Source: Mobula hypostoma (lineage: Eukaryota). From it: a stretch of DNA of 64,000 nt. The DNA lies in NCBI RefSeq assembly GCF_963921235.1, contig NC_086108.1:117864001-117928000 (forward strand), read 5' to 3'. The notes beneath the pieces were generated by a model that searched no databases, was not told where the DNA came from, and worked only from the letters and a program-made list of their open reading frames with translations. Made by a program: the position numbers and the translations under genes. Shown here in pieces: positions 50,675 through 64,000 of this stretch (its first letter is position 1; each line of letters starts with the position of its first letter).

Positions 50675-53600
50675 ATAAACCATATAACAATTACAGCACG
50701 GAAACAGGCCATCTCGGCCCTTCTAGTCTGTGCCGAACTCTTACTCTCACCTAGTCCCACCAACCTGCACTCAGCCCGTAACCCTCCATTCCTTTCCTGT
50801 CCATATATCTATCCAATTTAACTTTAAATGACAACATTGAACTTGCCTCAACCACTTCGGCTGGAAGCTCGTTCCAGACAGCTACCACTCTCTGGGTAAA
50901 GAAGTTCCCCCTCATGTTACCCCTAAACTTTTGCCCTTTAACTCTCAACTCATGTCCTCTTGTTTGAATCTCCCCCACTCTCAGTGGAAAAAGCCTATCC
51001 ACGTCAACTCTACCTATCCCCCTCATAATTTTAAATACCTCTATCAAGTCCCCCTCAACCTTCTATGCTCCAAAGAATAAAGACCTAACTTGTTCAACCT
51101 TTCTCTGTAACTTAAGAGATGAAACTCAGGCAACATTTTAGTAAATCTCCTCTGTACTCTCTCAATTTTATTGACATCTTTACTGTAATTTGGTGACCAG
51201 AACTGTACACAATACTCCAAATTTGGCCTCACCAATGTCTTATACAATTTCAGCATTACATCCCAACTCCAATACTCAATGCTCTGATTTATAAAGGCTA
51301 GCATACCAAAAGCTTCATTCACCACCCTATCCACATGAGATTCCACCTTCAGGGAACTATGCACCAATATTCCTAGATCCCTCTGTTCTACTGCATTCTT
51401 CAATGCCCTACCATTTACCATGCATGTTCTATTTTGATTGGTCCTACCAAAATGTAGCACCTCACATTTTTCAGCATTAAACTCCATCTGCCATCTTTCA
51501 GCCCACTCTTCAAACTGGCCTAAATCTCTCTGCAAGCTTTGAAAGCCCACTTCATTATCCACAACGCCACCTATCTTAGTATCATCTGCGCACTTACTAA
51601 TCCAATTTACCACCCCATCATCCAGATCATTAATATATATGACAAACAACATTCAACCCAGTACAGATCCCTGAGGCATACCACTGGTCACCGGCCTCCA
51701 ATCTGAGAGTTATCCACCACTCCTCTCTAGCGTCTCCCATCCAGACACTGCTGAATCCATTTTACTACTTCAATATTAATGCCTAACGATTGAACCTTCC
51801 TATCTAACCTTTGGTGCGGAACCTCATCAAAGGCCTTACTGAAGTCCATATAGACAACATCCACCACTTTACCCTCGTCAACTTTCCTAGTAACCTCATC
51901 AAAAAATTCAATAAGATTTGTCAAACATGACCTTCCACTCACAAATCCATGTTGACTGTTCCTAATCAGACCCTGTCTATCCAGATAATTATATATACCA
52001 TCTCTAAGAATACTTTCCATCAATTTACCCACCACTGACGTCAAACTCACAGGCCGATAATTGCTAGGTTTACTCTTAGAACCCTTTTTAAACAATGGAA
52101 CAACATGAGCATATGCTAATCCTCTGGCACCATCCCCATTTCTAATGACATTTGAAATATTTCTGTCAGAGTCCCTGCTACTTCCACAGTAACTTCCCTC
52201 AAGGTCCTAGGGCATATCTTCTCCGGACCCGGAGACTTATCCACTTTTATATTTCTTAAAAGTGCTAGTACTTCCTCTTCTTTAATTATAATACTTTCCA
52301 TAACTACCCTTCTTGTTTCCTTTACCTTACACAATTCAATATCCTTCTCCTTAGTGAATACCGAAGAAAAACAATTGTTCAAAATCTCCCCCATCTCTTT
52401 TAGCTCTGCACATATCCATCCACTCTGATTCTCTAAGGGACCAATTTTATCCCTCACTATCCTTTTGCTATTAATATAACTGTAGAAACCCTTTGGATTT
52501 ATTTTCACCTTACTTGCCAAAGCAGCCTCGTATCTTCTTCTAGCTTTTCTAATTTCTTTCTTAAGATTCTTTTTACATTCTTTATATTCCTCGAGCACCT
52601 CATTTACTCCAAGCTGCCTATACTTATTGTAGATCCCTCTCTTTTTCTGAACCAAGTTTCCAATATCCCTTGAAAACCATGGCTCTCTCAAACTTTTAAC
52701 CTTTCCTTTCAACCTAACAGTAACATAAAGATCCTGTACCCTCAAAATTTCACCTTTAAATGACCTCCATTTCTCTATTATATCCTTCCCATAAAACAAA
52801 TTGTCCCAATCCACTCCTTCTAAATCCTTTCATATCTCCTCAAAGTTAACCTTTCTCCAATTAAAAATCTGAACCCTGTGTCCAGACCTATCCTTCTCCA
52901 TAATTATATTGAAACTAATGGCATTGTGATCACTGGACCCGAAGTGGTCTCCAACACATACCTCCATCACCTGCCCTATCTCATTCCCTAACAGGAGATC
53001 CAACATTGCCCCTTCTCTAATTGGTACCTCTATGTATTGCTGCAAAAAACTATCCTGAACACATTTTTCAAACTCCAAACCATCCAGCGCTTTTACAGTA
53101 TGGGCTTCCCAGTCAATGTGTGGAAAATTAAAATCTCCCACAATCACAACCTTGTGCTTACTACAAATATCTGCTATCTCCTTACAGATTTGCTCCTCCA
53201 ATTCTCGCTCCCCATTAGGTGGTCTATAATACACCCCTATAAGTGTCACTACACCTTTCCCATTCCTCAATTCCACCCAAATAGCCTCCTAGACGAGTCC
53301 ATTAATCTATCCTGCCAGAGCGCCGCTGGTATATTTTCTCTGACAAGCAATGCAACACCACCCCCTCTTGCCCCTCCTATTCTATCACACCTGAATCAAT
53401 GAAATCCAGGAATATTTAGTTGCCAATCACACCCCTCCTGCAACCATGTTTCACTAATAGCTACAACATCATATTTCCAGGTATCAATCCATGCTCTAAG
53501 CTCATCCACCTTTCTTACAATGCTCCTAGCATTAAAATAGATGCATTTAAGAAACTCTCCATCTCTTACTCTCTGTTTATCCTTAATGGAGCAGAGAACG

Positions 53601-53978
53601 TTGTTATGTTTTTCTCCCTTCTCCCCTACATCTTTTGTCTGATTGCTCCCGATCTCTGTCCCCTGCCTATCCTCCCTCACACAGTCTACTAGCTTTCTCT
53701 ATTTGTGAACTAACCTCCTCTCTCCTAGTCTCTTCAATGTGATTCCCACAGCCCCCCCCCCCAACCATTCTAGTCTAAAGTCACCTCAGTAGCCTTCGCA
53801 AATCTTCCCGCCAGGATATTGGTCCCCCTAGGATTCAAGTGTAACCCGTCCTTTTTATACAGGTCACACCTGCACCAAAAGAGGTCCCAATGATCCAAAA
53901 ACTGGAATCCCTGCCCCCTGCTCCAATCCCTCAGCCACGCATTTATCCTCCACCTCATTCCATTCCTACTCTCACTGT
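50675..53978 (-). mobile_element. CR1 with ORF1 3' end and complete but disrupted ORF2
   Basis: DGLHLN (ORF1); CIYFNARS, SETW, YRPP, GDFN, SDH (endonuclease); RT motifs; TGGTTATA-type tail. Confidence 0.95.
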
Positions 53979-54167
53979 CCTCTGGGTGGATGAAGGTGGA
54001 TGATTCTTCAGGTCTGGCGAAGTGCATCCTATGGTGTTTTGAGAGGCAGTAATTATTATATCTGCCTTAGTTCTGGGTAAGATACCAGAAGACTGCAGAC
54101 AGAACTATTACAGGTCAGAGAGGGTCAGTACTAGTACAGGTCAGGCAGGGTCAGTACTAGTACAGGT

Positions 54168-57100
54168 CAGACCATAAGGCCATAAGATTTAGGAATACAG
54201 TTAGGCTATTTGGCCCAACGAGTCTGCTCCACCATTTCATCATGGCTGATCAACTTTTCCTCTCAGCCTCAATTCCTTGCCTTCTCCCCATAGGCAGATG
54301 AATTTGAAGTACAAATGCAGATTTTAAGCTATGATAGGAACATAGACATGGAAACTTAGAAAACCTACAGCACAATGCAGGCCCTTTGGCCCACAATGCT
54401 ATGCCAAACATATCCTTACTTTAGAAATTACCTAGGGTTACCCTTAGCCCTCTATTTTTCTGAGCTCCATGAACCTATCTTAAAAGACCCTATCGTATCT
54501 GCCTCCACCACCATCGCCAGCAGTTCATTCCACGCACTCACCACTCTCTGCGTAAAAAACTTACCCCTGACATTTCCTCTGTACCTTCTCCCAAACAACT
54601 TAAAACTATTCCCTCTCGTGTTAGCCATTTCAGCCTGGATATGAATCATGTTGATGTTGTCGGTATCAATAAATTATGGCTGAAAGAAGAAAATAGCTGG
54701 GAGCTTAATGTCCAACAATACACATTGTATCGACAGAACAGGAAGAAGGGCAGAGGGGCCGGCATTGTTCGTTGGTAAAAAATGAAATTAAATCATTAGA
54801 GAAAGGTGATATAGGTTCGGAAGGTGCTGAATCATTGCGGATAGAGCTGAGGAACTGCAAGGGTAAAAAACCCTGATGTGAGTCGTATACAGACCTCCAA
54901 ACAGTAGTAAGGATATGGCCAACAAATTACAAAAAGAGATAGAAAATGCATGCCAAAAGGCAATGTTGTAATAGTCATGGGAGACTTCAATATGGCGGTA
55001 GATTCGGAAAATCAGGTTGGTGCTGGATTCCATGACGGGAATTTTTACAGTGCTTTTTAGAGCAGCTTGTGATTGAACCCACGAGGAGATCAGCTGTTCT
55101 GGATTGAGTGATGTGCAATAAACCAGAACTGATTAGAGCACTTCAGGTAAAAGAACCCGGAGGAAAGTGATCATAATATGCTGAAATTCACTCACAAATT
55201 TGAGAAGGAGAAGCTAAAGTCAATTATATCTTTATTACAGTGGAGTAAGAGGAATTGCAGAGGTGTGATAGAGGAGTTCGCCAAAATTAATTGGAAAATT
55301 TCTGGAAGCAATTCGGAAGGCACAGGATATGTACATAGCAAAGAGGAAGGTGTATTCGAAAGGAAAACTGACCCAACTGTTGCTAACAAGAGAAGTCAAA
55401 GCCAAAGAGAAGGCATGTAATAGAGCAAAAATTAATGAGAAGTTAGAGGATTGGGAAGCTTTTAAAAAACAACAGAAGGCAACTAAAAAGTCATTAAGGG
55501 GTAAAGATGGAATATGAAAGTAAGCTAGCCAATAGTATTAAAGAGGGTGCCAAAAGTTTCTTCAATACATAAAGTGTGAAAGAAAGGCGAGAGTGGATAT
55601 CAGATCATTGGAAAACAATGCTGGAGAGGTAGTAATGGGGACAACAAAATGTCAAATGAACTGAATAAGCACTTAGCAACAGTCTTCACTCTGGAAGCCA
55701 CCAGCAGTATGGTGGAATTTCCAGATGTCAAGGGTCATGAAGTGTGTGAAGTTACCATAATTAGAGAAGATTCTTGGGAAACTGAAAGGTCTGAAGATAA
55801 AGAAGTCACCTGGACCAGAAGGTGTACAGCTTAGATTTCAGAAGGAGGTGGCTGAATAGATTGTGGAGGCATTAGTGGTGATCTTTCAAGAATCACTAGA
55901 TTCAGGCATGGTTCCAGCAGATTGGAAAACTGCAAATGTCACTCCACTTTTCAAGAGAGGAGAGAGGCAGAAGAAAGTAAACTATAGCACAGGTGATCTG
56001 ATCTCTGTGGTTGGGAAGTTGCTGGAGTTGATTATTGGTTGATACAGTTTATTTGCATTTTCAGAAGGGTTTGACAAGGTGCCACATATCAGGCTGCTTA
56101 ACAAGCTACCGTTCCATGGTATCACAAGAATGATTCTAGCATAGATAAAGCAGTGGCTGATTGGCAGGAGGCAATGAGTGGGAATAAAGGGAGTCTTTTC
56201 TGGTTGGCTGCCAGTGACTAGAGGTGTTCCCCAGGGGTCTGTGTTGGGACTGATTCTTTTTACATTGTATGTCAATGATTTGGATGATGGAATTGATGAC
56301 GTTGTTGCAATGTTTGCAGATGATAGGTGGAGGGGCAGGTAGTTTTGAGGAAGTAGAGAGGCTACAGAAGGACTTTGGCTGATTAGGAGAATTGGGAAAG
56401 AAATGGCAGATGGAATACAGTGTCGGGAAGCGTATGGTCATGCACTTTCAGAGAAGAAGTGACAGGGTTGAATCTATTCTAGGTGGAGACAAGACACAAA
56501 AGCTGAGGTGCATGGGGATCTGGGATTCCCTAAAGGTTCATTTGCAGGTTGATTCTGTGATGAGGAAGGTAAATGCAATTTAGGCATTGATTTCAAGAGG
56601 ACTAGAATATAAAAGCAAAGATGTAATGTTCAGACTTTATAAGACACTTGAGGCTTCACTTGGAGTATTGTGAGGAGTTTTGGGCCCCTAATCATAGAAA
56701 GTATTTGCTGAAACTGAAGAGGGTTTAAAGGAGGTTCACGAAAATGATTCCAGGATTGAATGGCTTGTCATATGAAGAGCATTTGATGGCTCTGGGCCTT
56801 TATTCACTGGAATTCAGAAGAATGAGGGGTAACCTCATTGAAATCTATCAAATGGTGAAAGAGCCTGATAGAGTGGTTGTGGAGAGTATGTTTCTTTTGG
56901 TGGGACAGTCTAAGACCATAGGGCACAGCCTCAGAATAGTGGGGTGTCCTTTTAGAAATGAGATGAGGTGGAAATTCTTCATCCAGAGAGTGGTGAATCT
57001 ACAGAATTCTTTGCCACCAGCAGCTCTGGAGGCCAAGTCTTTATGTATATTGAAGGCGGAGGTTGATAGATTCTTGATTAATCAGTGCATGAAGGGATAC

Positions 57101-58042
57101 GGGGAGAAGTCAGGAGATTGAGGCTGAGAGGAAAATTGAATCAGCCATGATGAAATGACAGAGCAAACTCGATAGGCCAAATGGCTGAATTCTGCATTTA
57201 TATCTTACGGTCATCATGCCTTGACCAATCAAGAATCTATCAACCACTCCATGTGAGGCCTTACCAGTGCTTTATGAAGTCTCAACATTATATCCTTGCT
57301 TTTACATTCTAGTTATCTGGAAATGAATGATTACATCACATTTGCCTTCATCACCAGAGACTCAACCTGCAAATTAACCTTTGGGGAATCCTGCACAAGT
57401 TCCTTTGCCCCTCAGTTTTCCATATTCTCTGTTCATTTAGAAAATAGTCTACCTTTTCATTTCTTCTACCACAGTACATGACCATACACTTCCTGACACT
57501 GTATACTGTCTTCCATTTCTTTGCCCATTCTCTTTATCTCTCTATACTTCTAGAGCCTCTCTACTTCCTCAAAACTACCTGCCCCTTCACATATCTTCAT
57601 ATTGTCTACAAACTTTGCAACAAAGCCATTAATTCCATCATCCAAATCATTGACATATAATGTGAAAAGAATCAGTCCCAACACAGACCTCTGTGGAACA
57701 CCTCTAGTCACTGGCAACCAACCAAAAATAGCTCCCTTTATTCCCACTCATATCTCTGCCAAACGGCCACTGCTTTATCTATTCTAGAATATTACCTGTA
57801 ATACTATGGGCTTATAGCTTGTTAAGACCATAAGTTATAGAAGCAGAATTAGGCCATTTGGCCCATCGAATCTGTTTCACCATTTCATCATGGCTGATCC
57901 AATCTCCTGTGTTCATGTCCTGACTTAGCAGCCTCATGTGTGGCAGCTTGTCAAAGCACTTCTGAAAATCCAAATATACAACATTAACCAATTCTTCTTT
58001 GTCGCTCTGTTTGTTATTTCTTCAAAGAATTCCAACAGATTT
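54168..58042. mobile_element. Degraded CR1 fragments: minus 3' ends, plus copy about 54640-57215, minus copy about 57215-58042 continuing at 59748-59930
   Basis: Endonuclease and RT remnants, CR1 3' UTR signatures. Confidence 0.85.
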
Positions 58043-59171
58043 TAAGGAATATAAAAGTGGATAAGTCTCCGGGTCTTGACAGGATATTCCCTAGGACCTT
58101 GAGGGAAGTTAGTGTGGAAATAGCAGGGGCTCTGACAGAAATATTTCAAATGTCATTAGAAACGGGGATGGTGCCGGAGGATTGGCATATTGCTCATGTG
58201 GTTCCATTGTTTAAAAAGGGTTCTAAGAGTAAACCTAGCAATTATCGGCCTGTGAGTTTGACATCAGTGGTGGGTAAATTGATGGAAAGTATTCTTAGAG
58301 ATGGTATATATAATTATCTGGATAGACAGGGTCTGATTAGAAACAGTCAACATGGATTTGTGCGTGGAAGGTCATATTTGACAAATCTTATTGGATTTTT
58401 TGATGAGGTTACTAGGAAAGTTGACGAGGGTAAAGCGGTGGATGTTGTCTATATGGACTTCAGTCAGGCCTTTGACAAGGTTCCACACAGAAGGTTAGTT
58501 AGGAAGGTTCAATCGTTAGGCATTAATATCGAAGTAGTAAAATGGATTCAGCAGTGGCTGGATGGGAGACGCCAGAGAGTAATGGTGGATAACTGTGTGC
58601 CAGATTGGAGGATGGTGTCTAGCAGTGTGCCTCAGGGATCTGTACTGGGTCCAATGTTGTTTGTCATATATATTAATGATCTGGATGGTGGGGTGGTAAA
58701 TTGGATTAGGAAGTATGCAGATGATACTAAGATAGGTGGCGTTGTGGATAATGAAGTAGGTTTTCAAAGCTTGCAGAGAGATTTAGGCCAGTTAGAAGAG
58801 TGGGCTGAAAGATGGCAGATGGGGTTTAATGCTGATAAATGTGAGGTGCTGCATTTTGGTAGGACTAATCAAAATAGGACATACATGGTAAATGGTAGGG
58901 CATTGAAGAATGCAGTAGAACAGAGTGATTTAGGAATAATGGTGCATAGTTCCCTGAAGGTGGAATCTCATGTGGATAGGGTGGTGAAGAAATCTTTTGG
59001 TATGCTGGCCTTTATTAATCAGAGCATTGAGTATAGGAGTTGGGATGTAATGTTGAAATTGTATAAGGCATTGGTGAGGCCAAATTTGGAGTACTGTGTA
59101 CAGTTCTGGTCACCAAATTATAGGAACGATGTCAATAAAATTAAGAGAGTACAGAGGAGATTTACTAAAGT

Positions 59172-59209
59172 TAGTCCTGACGAAGGGTCTCGGCCTGAAA
59201 CGTCGACTG
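59172..59209 (+). ncRNA. Minimal type I hammerhead ribozyme motif with intact core
   Basis: TAGTC-CTGACGA-AGGGTCTCGGCCT-GAAACGTC-GACTG; helix I AGTC/GACT; predicted cleavage after 59204. Confidence 0.75.
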
Positions 59210-59267
59210 CGCCTCTTCCTATAGATGCTGCTTGGCCTGCTGCGTTCACCAGCAACTTTGATGTATG
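59172..59267 (+). mobile_element. 96-bp PLE-terminus insertion that begins at the hammerhead motif
   Basis: Duplication TTACTAAAGT (59162-59171, 59268-59277). Confidence 0.88.
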
Positions 59268-59929
59268 TTACTAAAGTGTTGCCTGGGTTTCATCTCCTAA
59301 GTTACAGAGAAAGGTTGAACAAGTTAGGCCTTTATTCTTAGGAGCGTAGAAAGTTAAGGGGGGTCTTGATAGAGGTATTTAAAATTATGAGGGGGATAGA
59401 TAGAGTTGATGTGGATAGGCTTTTTCCATTGAGAGTGGGGGAGATTCAAACAAGAGGACATGAGTTGAGAGTTAAAGGGCAAAAGTTTTGGGGCAACATG
59501 AGGGGGAACTTCTCTGCTCAGAGAGTGGTAGCTGTGTGGAACAAGCTTCCAGCAGAAGTGGTTGAGGCAGGTTCGATGTTGTTGTTTAAAGTTAAATTGG
59601 ATAGATATATGGACAGGAAACGAATGGAGGATTATGGGCTGAGTGCAGGTCATTGGGACCAGGTGAGAGTAAGAGTTCAGCACGGACTAGAAGGGCCGAG
59701 ATGGCCTGTTTCCATGCTGTAATTGTTATATGGTTTTATATGGTTATAGATTTGTCAGGCAAGATTTTCCCTTGACAAAATCATGCTGACTACAGCTTAC
59801 TTTACCATGTGGCTCCAAGTATCCTGAGACCTAATTCTTAATAATCAGCTCCACTTCTTCCCAACCATTAAGGTCAGACTAACTAGTCTATAGTTTCCTT
59901 TCTTCTGCCTCTCTCCTTTCTTGAAGCGT

Positions 59930-60980
59930 GAAGCTTATCAAATGGTGAAAGGCCTTGATTGAGTGGATGTGGAGAGGATGTTTCCAATGGCAGAAGAGTC
60001 TGACCAGATGCCACAGCCTCAGAATAGAGGGGTGTCCTTTTAGAACGGAGATGTGGAGGAATTCTTTAGACAGTCGTTGGTGAATCAGAGCAACTCTTTG
60101 CCATAGGCAGCTGGGAAGGCCAAGTCTGTATGTATATTTAAGGCAGAGGTTGACAAATTCTTGATTGGTCAGGGCATGAAGGGATACAGAAGGCAGGAGA
60201 TTGGGGCTGAGAGGAAAATTGGAAATGGCCTCCACAGCTGCAGGTGGCAAAGAATTCTATTGATTCACCACTCTCTGGCTGAAATGGCCGAGCAGACTCA
60301 ATGCCACAAGTGGCTTAATTCTGCTCTATGTTGTGGTCTTATCTTGAGGCATTAGCTCTTTGAGACTTCTTCAGTTCAGTCAGATAAATCAAAGAAAAGA
60401 AAAGATTCAGGTAAAGATTTTTACCCTTCCCTTCTTTATATCTGCTCAGCTTGGACAGTAGCAACGCCAGGCATGATAGTTGGATGCTCTTCTTGCTGGA
60501 TGTAAAAAGGCAGGGAGACCTCCAGTGTTGCTGACAACTGCAACTGCTAGAAGTGTATCCAGCTGCAGCTTCTAACAATTGCTTTAAGGAGTTGGAGCTG
60601 GAACCAGATGAACTCCGGATCATTCAGGAGGCTGAAGAGGTGATAGATAGGACATATAGAGAGGTAGCTACACCCAAGGTGCCGGACTCAGGAAACTGGG
60701 TGACAGCCAGGAAGGGGAAAGGGTTTAAGGAGCCAGTGCAGAGTACCCCTGTGGCCACCCCCTCAACAACAGGTATATCACTTTGGATACTGTTGGGTGA
60801 ATTCACCTGACAGAGGAAAGTCACAGTGGTCAGGTCTCTGGCTCTGTGACTCGGAAGAGAAGGGATGAGAGGTGGCATGCAGTGGTAATCGGGGATTTGT
60901 GAGTTAGACAAGCTTAAACGAGGTTCTGTGGATGAGAACAAGATTCCTGGATGGGTACTGTATGTTGCCTCCGAGGTTCC
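59930..60980 (+). mobile_element. CR1 3' end followed by a CR1 ORF1 remnant (continues at 61737-61798)
   Basis: ELELEPDELRIIQEAEEVIDRTYREVATPK..WVTARKGK; QPEVMVHVGTNDMG after the Rex insertion. Confidence 0.8.
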
Positions 60981-60985
60981 ATATA

Positions 60986-61735
60986 TATTGAATTGAATGG
61001 ACTTTATTTCTTACATCCTTCACATACATGAGGAGTAAAAATCTTTATGTTACATCTCCATCTAAATGTGCAATTGATAGTAATTTGTAATAAATAGTAT
61101 GTACAATAGGACAGTCAATATAACATAGAAATACAATTGTATCAGCATGAATTAATCAGTCTGATGGCCTGGTGGAAGAAGCTGTCCCAGAGCCTGTTGT
61201 TCCTGGCTTTTATGCTGCAGTACCATTTCCCAGATTGTGGCGGCTGGAACAGTTTGTGGTTGGGGTGACTCAGGTCCCCAATGATCCCTCAGGACCTTTT
61301 AACAGACCTTTCGATGTAAGTGTCCTGAATTGTGCTCACATCTACAGATGTGCTGGGCTGTCTGCACCGCTTTCTGCAGAGTCCTACAATTGAGGGAAGT
61401 AAAGTTCCCACATCAGGCAGTGATGCAGCCAGTCAGGATACTCTCAATTGTGCCCCTATAGAAAGTCCTTAGGATTTGGGGACTCATACCAAACTTCCTC
61501 AACCATCTGAGGTGAAAGGCACTGTGGTGCTTTTTCACCAAACAGCCGGTATGTACAGACCACGTGAGATCCTCAGTGATGTGTATGCTGCGGAATTCAA
61601 AGCTGTTCACTATCTCATCCCCAGATCCATTGATGTCAATAGGGGGTTAGCTTGTCTCCATTTATCCTGTAGTCCACAACCAGCTCATTTGTTTTAGTGA
61701 CATTGAGAGAGAGGATGTTTTCTTGACACCATTTT
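60986..61735 (-). mobile_element. Rex1/Babar-like LINE 3' fragment
   Basis: HITEDLTWSVHT...LRKFGMSPQILRTFYRGTIESILTGCITA; (TTCAA)n-like tail near 60986. Confidence 0.8.
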
Positions 61736-61798
61736 TAAATGGGAGGGTGAACAGCCAGAAGTCATGGTCCATGTAGGTACCAATGACATGGGTAGGAA

Positions 61799-64000
61799 GA
61801 ACATAGAACATAGAATACTACAGCACAGTACAGGCCCTTCAGCCCACAATGTTGTGCCGACTCTCAAACCCTGCCTCCCATATAATCCCCCACCTTAGAT
61901 TCCTCCATATACCTGTCTAGTAGTCTCTTAAACTTCACTAGTGTATCTGCCTCCACCACTGACTCAGGCAGTGCATTCCACGCACCAACCACTCTCTGAG
62001 TAAAAAACCTTCCTCTAATATCCCCCTTGAACTTCCCACCCCTTACATTAAAGCCATGTCCTCTTGTATTGAGCAGTGGTACCCTGGGAAAGAGGCGCTG
62101 GCTATCCACTCTATCTATTCCTCTTATTATCTTGTACACCTCTATCATGTCTCCTCTCATTCTCCTCCTCTCCAAAGAGTAAAGCCCTAGCTCCCTTAAT
62201 CTCTCATCATAATGCATACTTTCTAAACCAGGCAGCATCCTGGTAAATCTCCTCTGTACCCTTTCCAATGCTTCCACATCCTTCCTATAGTGAGGTGACC
62301 AGAACTGGACACAGTACTCCAAGTGTGGCCTAACCAGAGTTTTATAGAGTTGCATCATTACATCGTGACTCGCATTAGGGTTTAAACTCTATCCCTCGAC
62401 TTATGAAAGCTAACACCCCATAAGCTTTCTTAACTACCCTATCCACCTGTGAGGCAACTTTCAGGGATCTGTGGACATGTACCCCGAGATCCCTCTGCTC
62501 CTCCACACTACCATGTATCCTGCCATTTACTTTGTACTCTGCCTTGGAATTTGTCCTTCCAAAGTGTACCACCTCACACTTCTCCGGGTTGAACTCCATC
62601 TGCCACTTCTCAGTCCACTCCTGCATCATATCGTTGTCTCTCTGCAATCTTTGACAATCCTCTACACTATCTACAACACCACCAACCTTTGTCTCGTCTG
62701 CAAACTTGCCAACCCACCCTTCTACCCCAACATCCAGGTGGTTAATAAAAATCACGAAAAGTAGAGGTCCCAGAACAGATCCTTGAGGGACACCACTAGT
62801 CACAATCCTCCAATCTGAATGTACTCCCCCCACCTCCACCACCACCCTCTACCTTCTGCAGGCAAGCCAATTCTGAATCCACCTGGCCAAACTTCCCTGG
62901 ATCCCATGCCTTCTAACTTTCTTAATTAAGCCTACCGTGTGGAACCTTGTCAAATGCCTTAGTAAAATCCATATAGATCACATCCACTGCACTACCCTCA
63001 TCTATATGCCTGGTCACCTCCTTAAAGTACTCTATCAGGCTTGTTAGACACGATCTGCCCTTCACAAAGCCATGCTGACTGTCCCTGATCAGACCATGAT
63101 TCTCTAAATGCCTATAGATCCTATCTCTAAGAATCTTTTCCCACAGCTTTCCCACCACAGATGTAAGGCTCACTGGTCTATAATTACCCGGACTATCCTT
63201 ACTACCTTTTCTGAACAAGGGGACAACATTCGCTTCCCTCCAATCCTCCGGTACCATTCCTGTGGACAACGAGGACATAAAGATCCTAGCCAGAGGCTCA
63301 GCAATCTCTTCTCTCACCTTGTGGAGCAGCCTGGGGGATATTCCGTCAGGCCCCGGGGCTTATCTGTCCTAATGTACTTTAACAAATCCAACACCTCCTC
63401 TCCCTTAATATCAACATGCTCCAGAACATCAACCTCACTCATATTGTCCTCACCATCATCAAGCTTGCTCTCATTGGTGAATAACAAAGAGAAGTATTCA
63501 TTGAGGACCTCGCTCACTTCCAAAGCCTCCAGGCACATCTTCCCACCTTTATCTCTAATCGGTCCTACCTTCACTCCTGTCATCCTGTTTTTCTTCACAT
63601 AATTGAAGAATGCCTTGGGGTTTTCCTTTACCCTACTCGCCAAGGCCTTCTCATGCCCCCTTCTTGCTCTTCTCAGCCCCTTCTTAAGCTCCTTTCTTGC
63701 TTCCCTATATTCCTCAATAGGCCCATCTGATCCTTGCTTCCTAAACCTCATGTATGCTGCCTTCTTCCACCTGACTAGATTTTCCACTTCACTTGTGACC
63801 CATGGTTCCTTCACCCTACCATTCTTTATCTTCCTCACCGGGACAAATTTATCCCTAACATCCGGCAAAAGATCTCTAAACATCGACCACGTGTCCATAG
63901 TACATTTCCTGCAAAAACATCATCCCAATTCACACCCGCAAGTTCTAACCTTATAGCCTCATAATTTGCCTTTCCCCAATTAAAAATTTTCCTGACTTCT
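61799..64000 (-). mobile_element. CR1 LINE (RT), same subfamily as 25421-26451; runs off the window
   Basis: RT ORFs 61864-63898 with frameshifts; (ATGTTCT)n tail. Confidence 0.95.

Larger units (their letters stand above)
58043..59747 (+). mobile_element. Young 5'-truncated CR1, same subfamily as 50675-53978
   Basis: 405-aa ORF with KYADD; TSD AGATTT (58037-58042, 59748-59753). Confidence 0.95.

Noticed and set aside
58057..59274. Intact RT gene (also 15604-16683 and 22543-23736)
   Set aside because: These are truncated or interrupted CR1 ORF2 pieces; some ORF ends are chimeric with inserted sequence.
62372..62381. Single TTAGGG in a 10-bp insertion in CR1
   Set aside because: One hexamer is too short to distinguish from chance.

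Overview
Eukaryotic, repeat-saturated genomic DNA. It is most likely from a cartilaginous fish (elasmobranch), inferred from an HE1/V-SINE-like element and the dominance of CR1 LINEs. The window lies inside a plus-strand Vav-family guanine nucleotide exchange factor gene that the ORF track misses. Three exons are visible: 23 nt (12675-12697), 46 nt (14226-14271) and 134 nt (47778-47911). They splice in frame to [D]PRRGKHM-NCFNGDKKQDTPLDM-GLPRMQVTRCYGGVPQPPNTGPALTIQQGDVIEVYGAEAHSVWWK, the C1-SH3 linker plus the first part of the N-terminal SH3 domain. The rest is intron filled with nested elements: many CR1 LINEs, Penelope-like elements (PLEs; RT + GIY-YIG) and short PLE-terminus inserts carrying minimal hammerhead ribozyme motifs (one tandem pair), a fragmented Tx1/L1-like element, Rex1/Babar fragments, a Tc1 remnant, two related solo LTRs and four SINEs. 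Two arrays of one 33-bp G-rich minisatellite each start just downstream of a Vav exon donor. No intact autonomous element and no prokaryotic system is present. Family names and protein comparisons are from recalled motifs, not database searches; boundaries of degraded elements are approximate.
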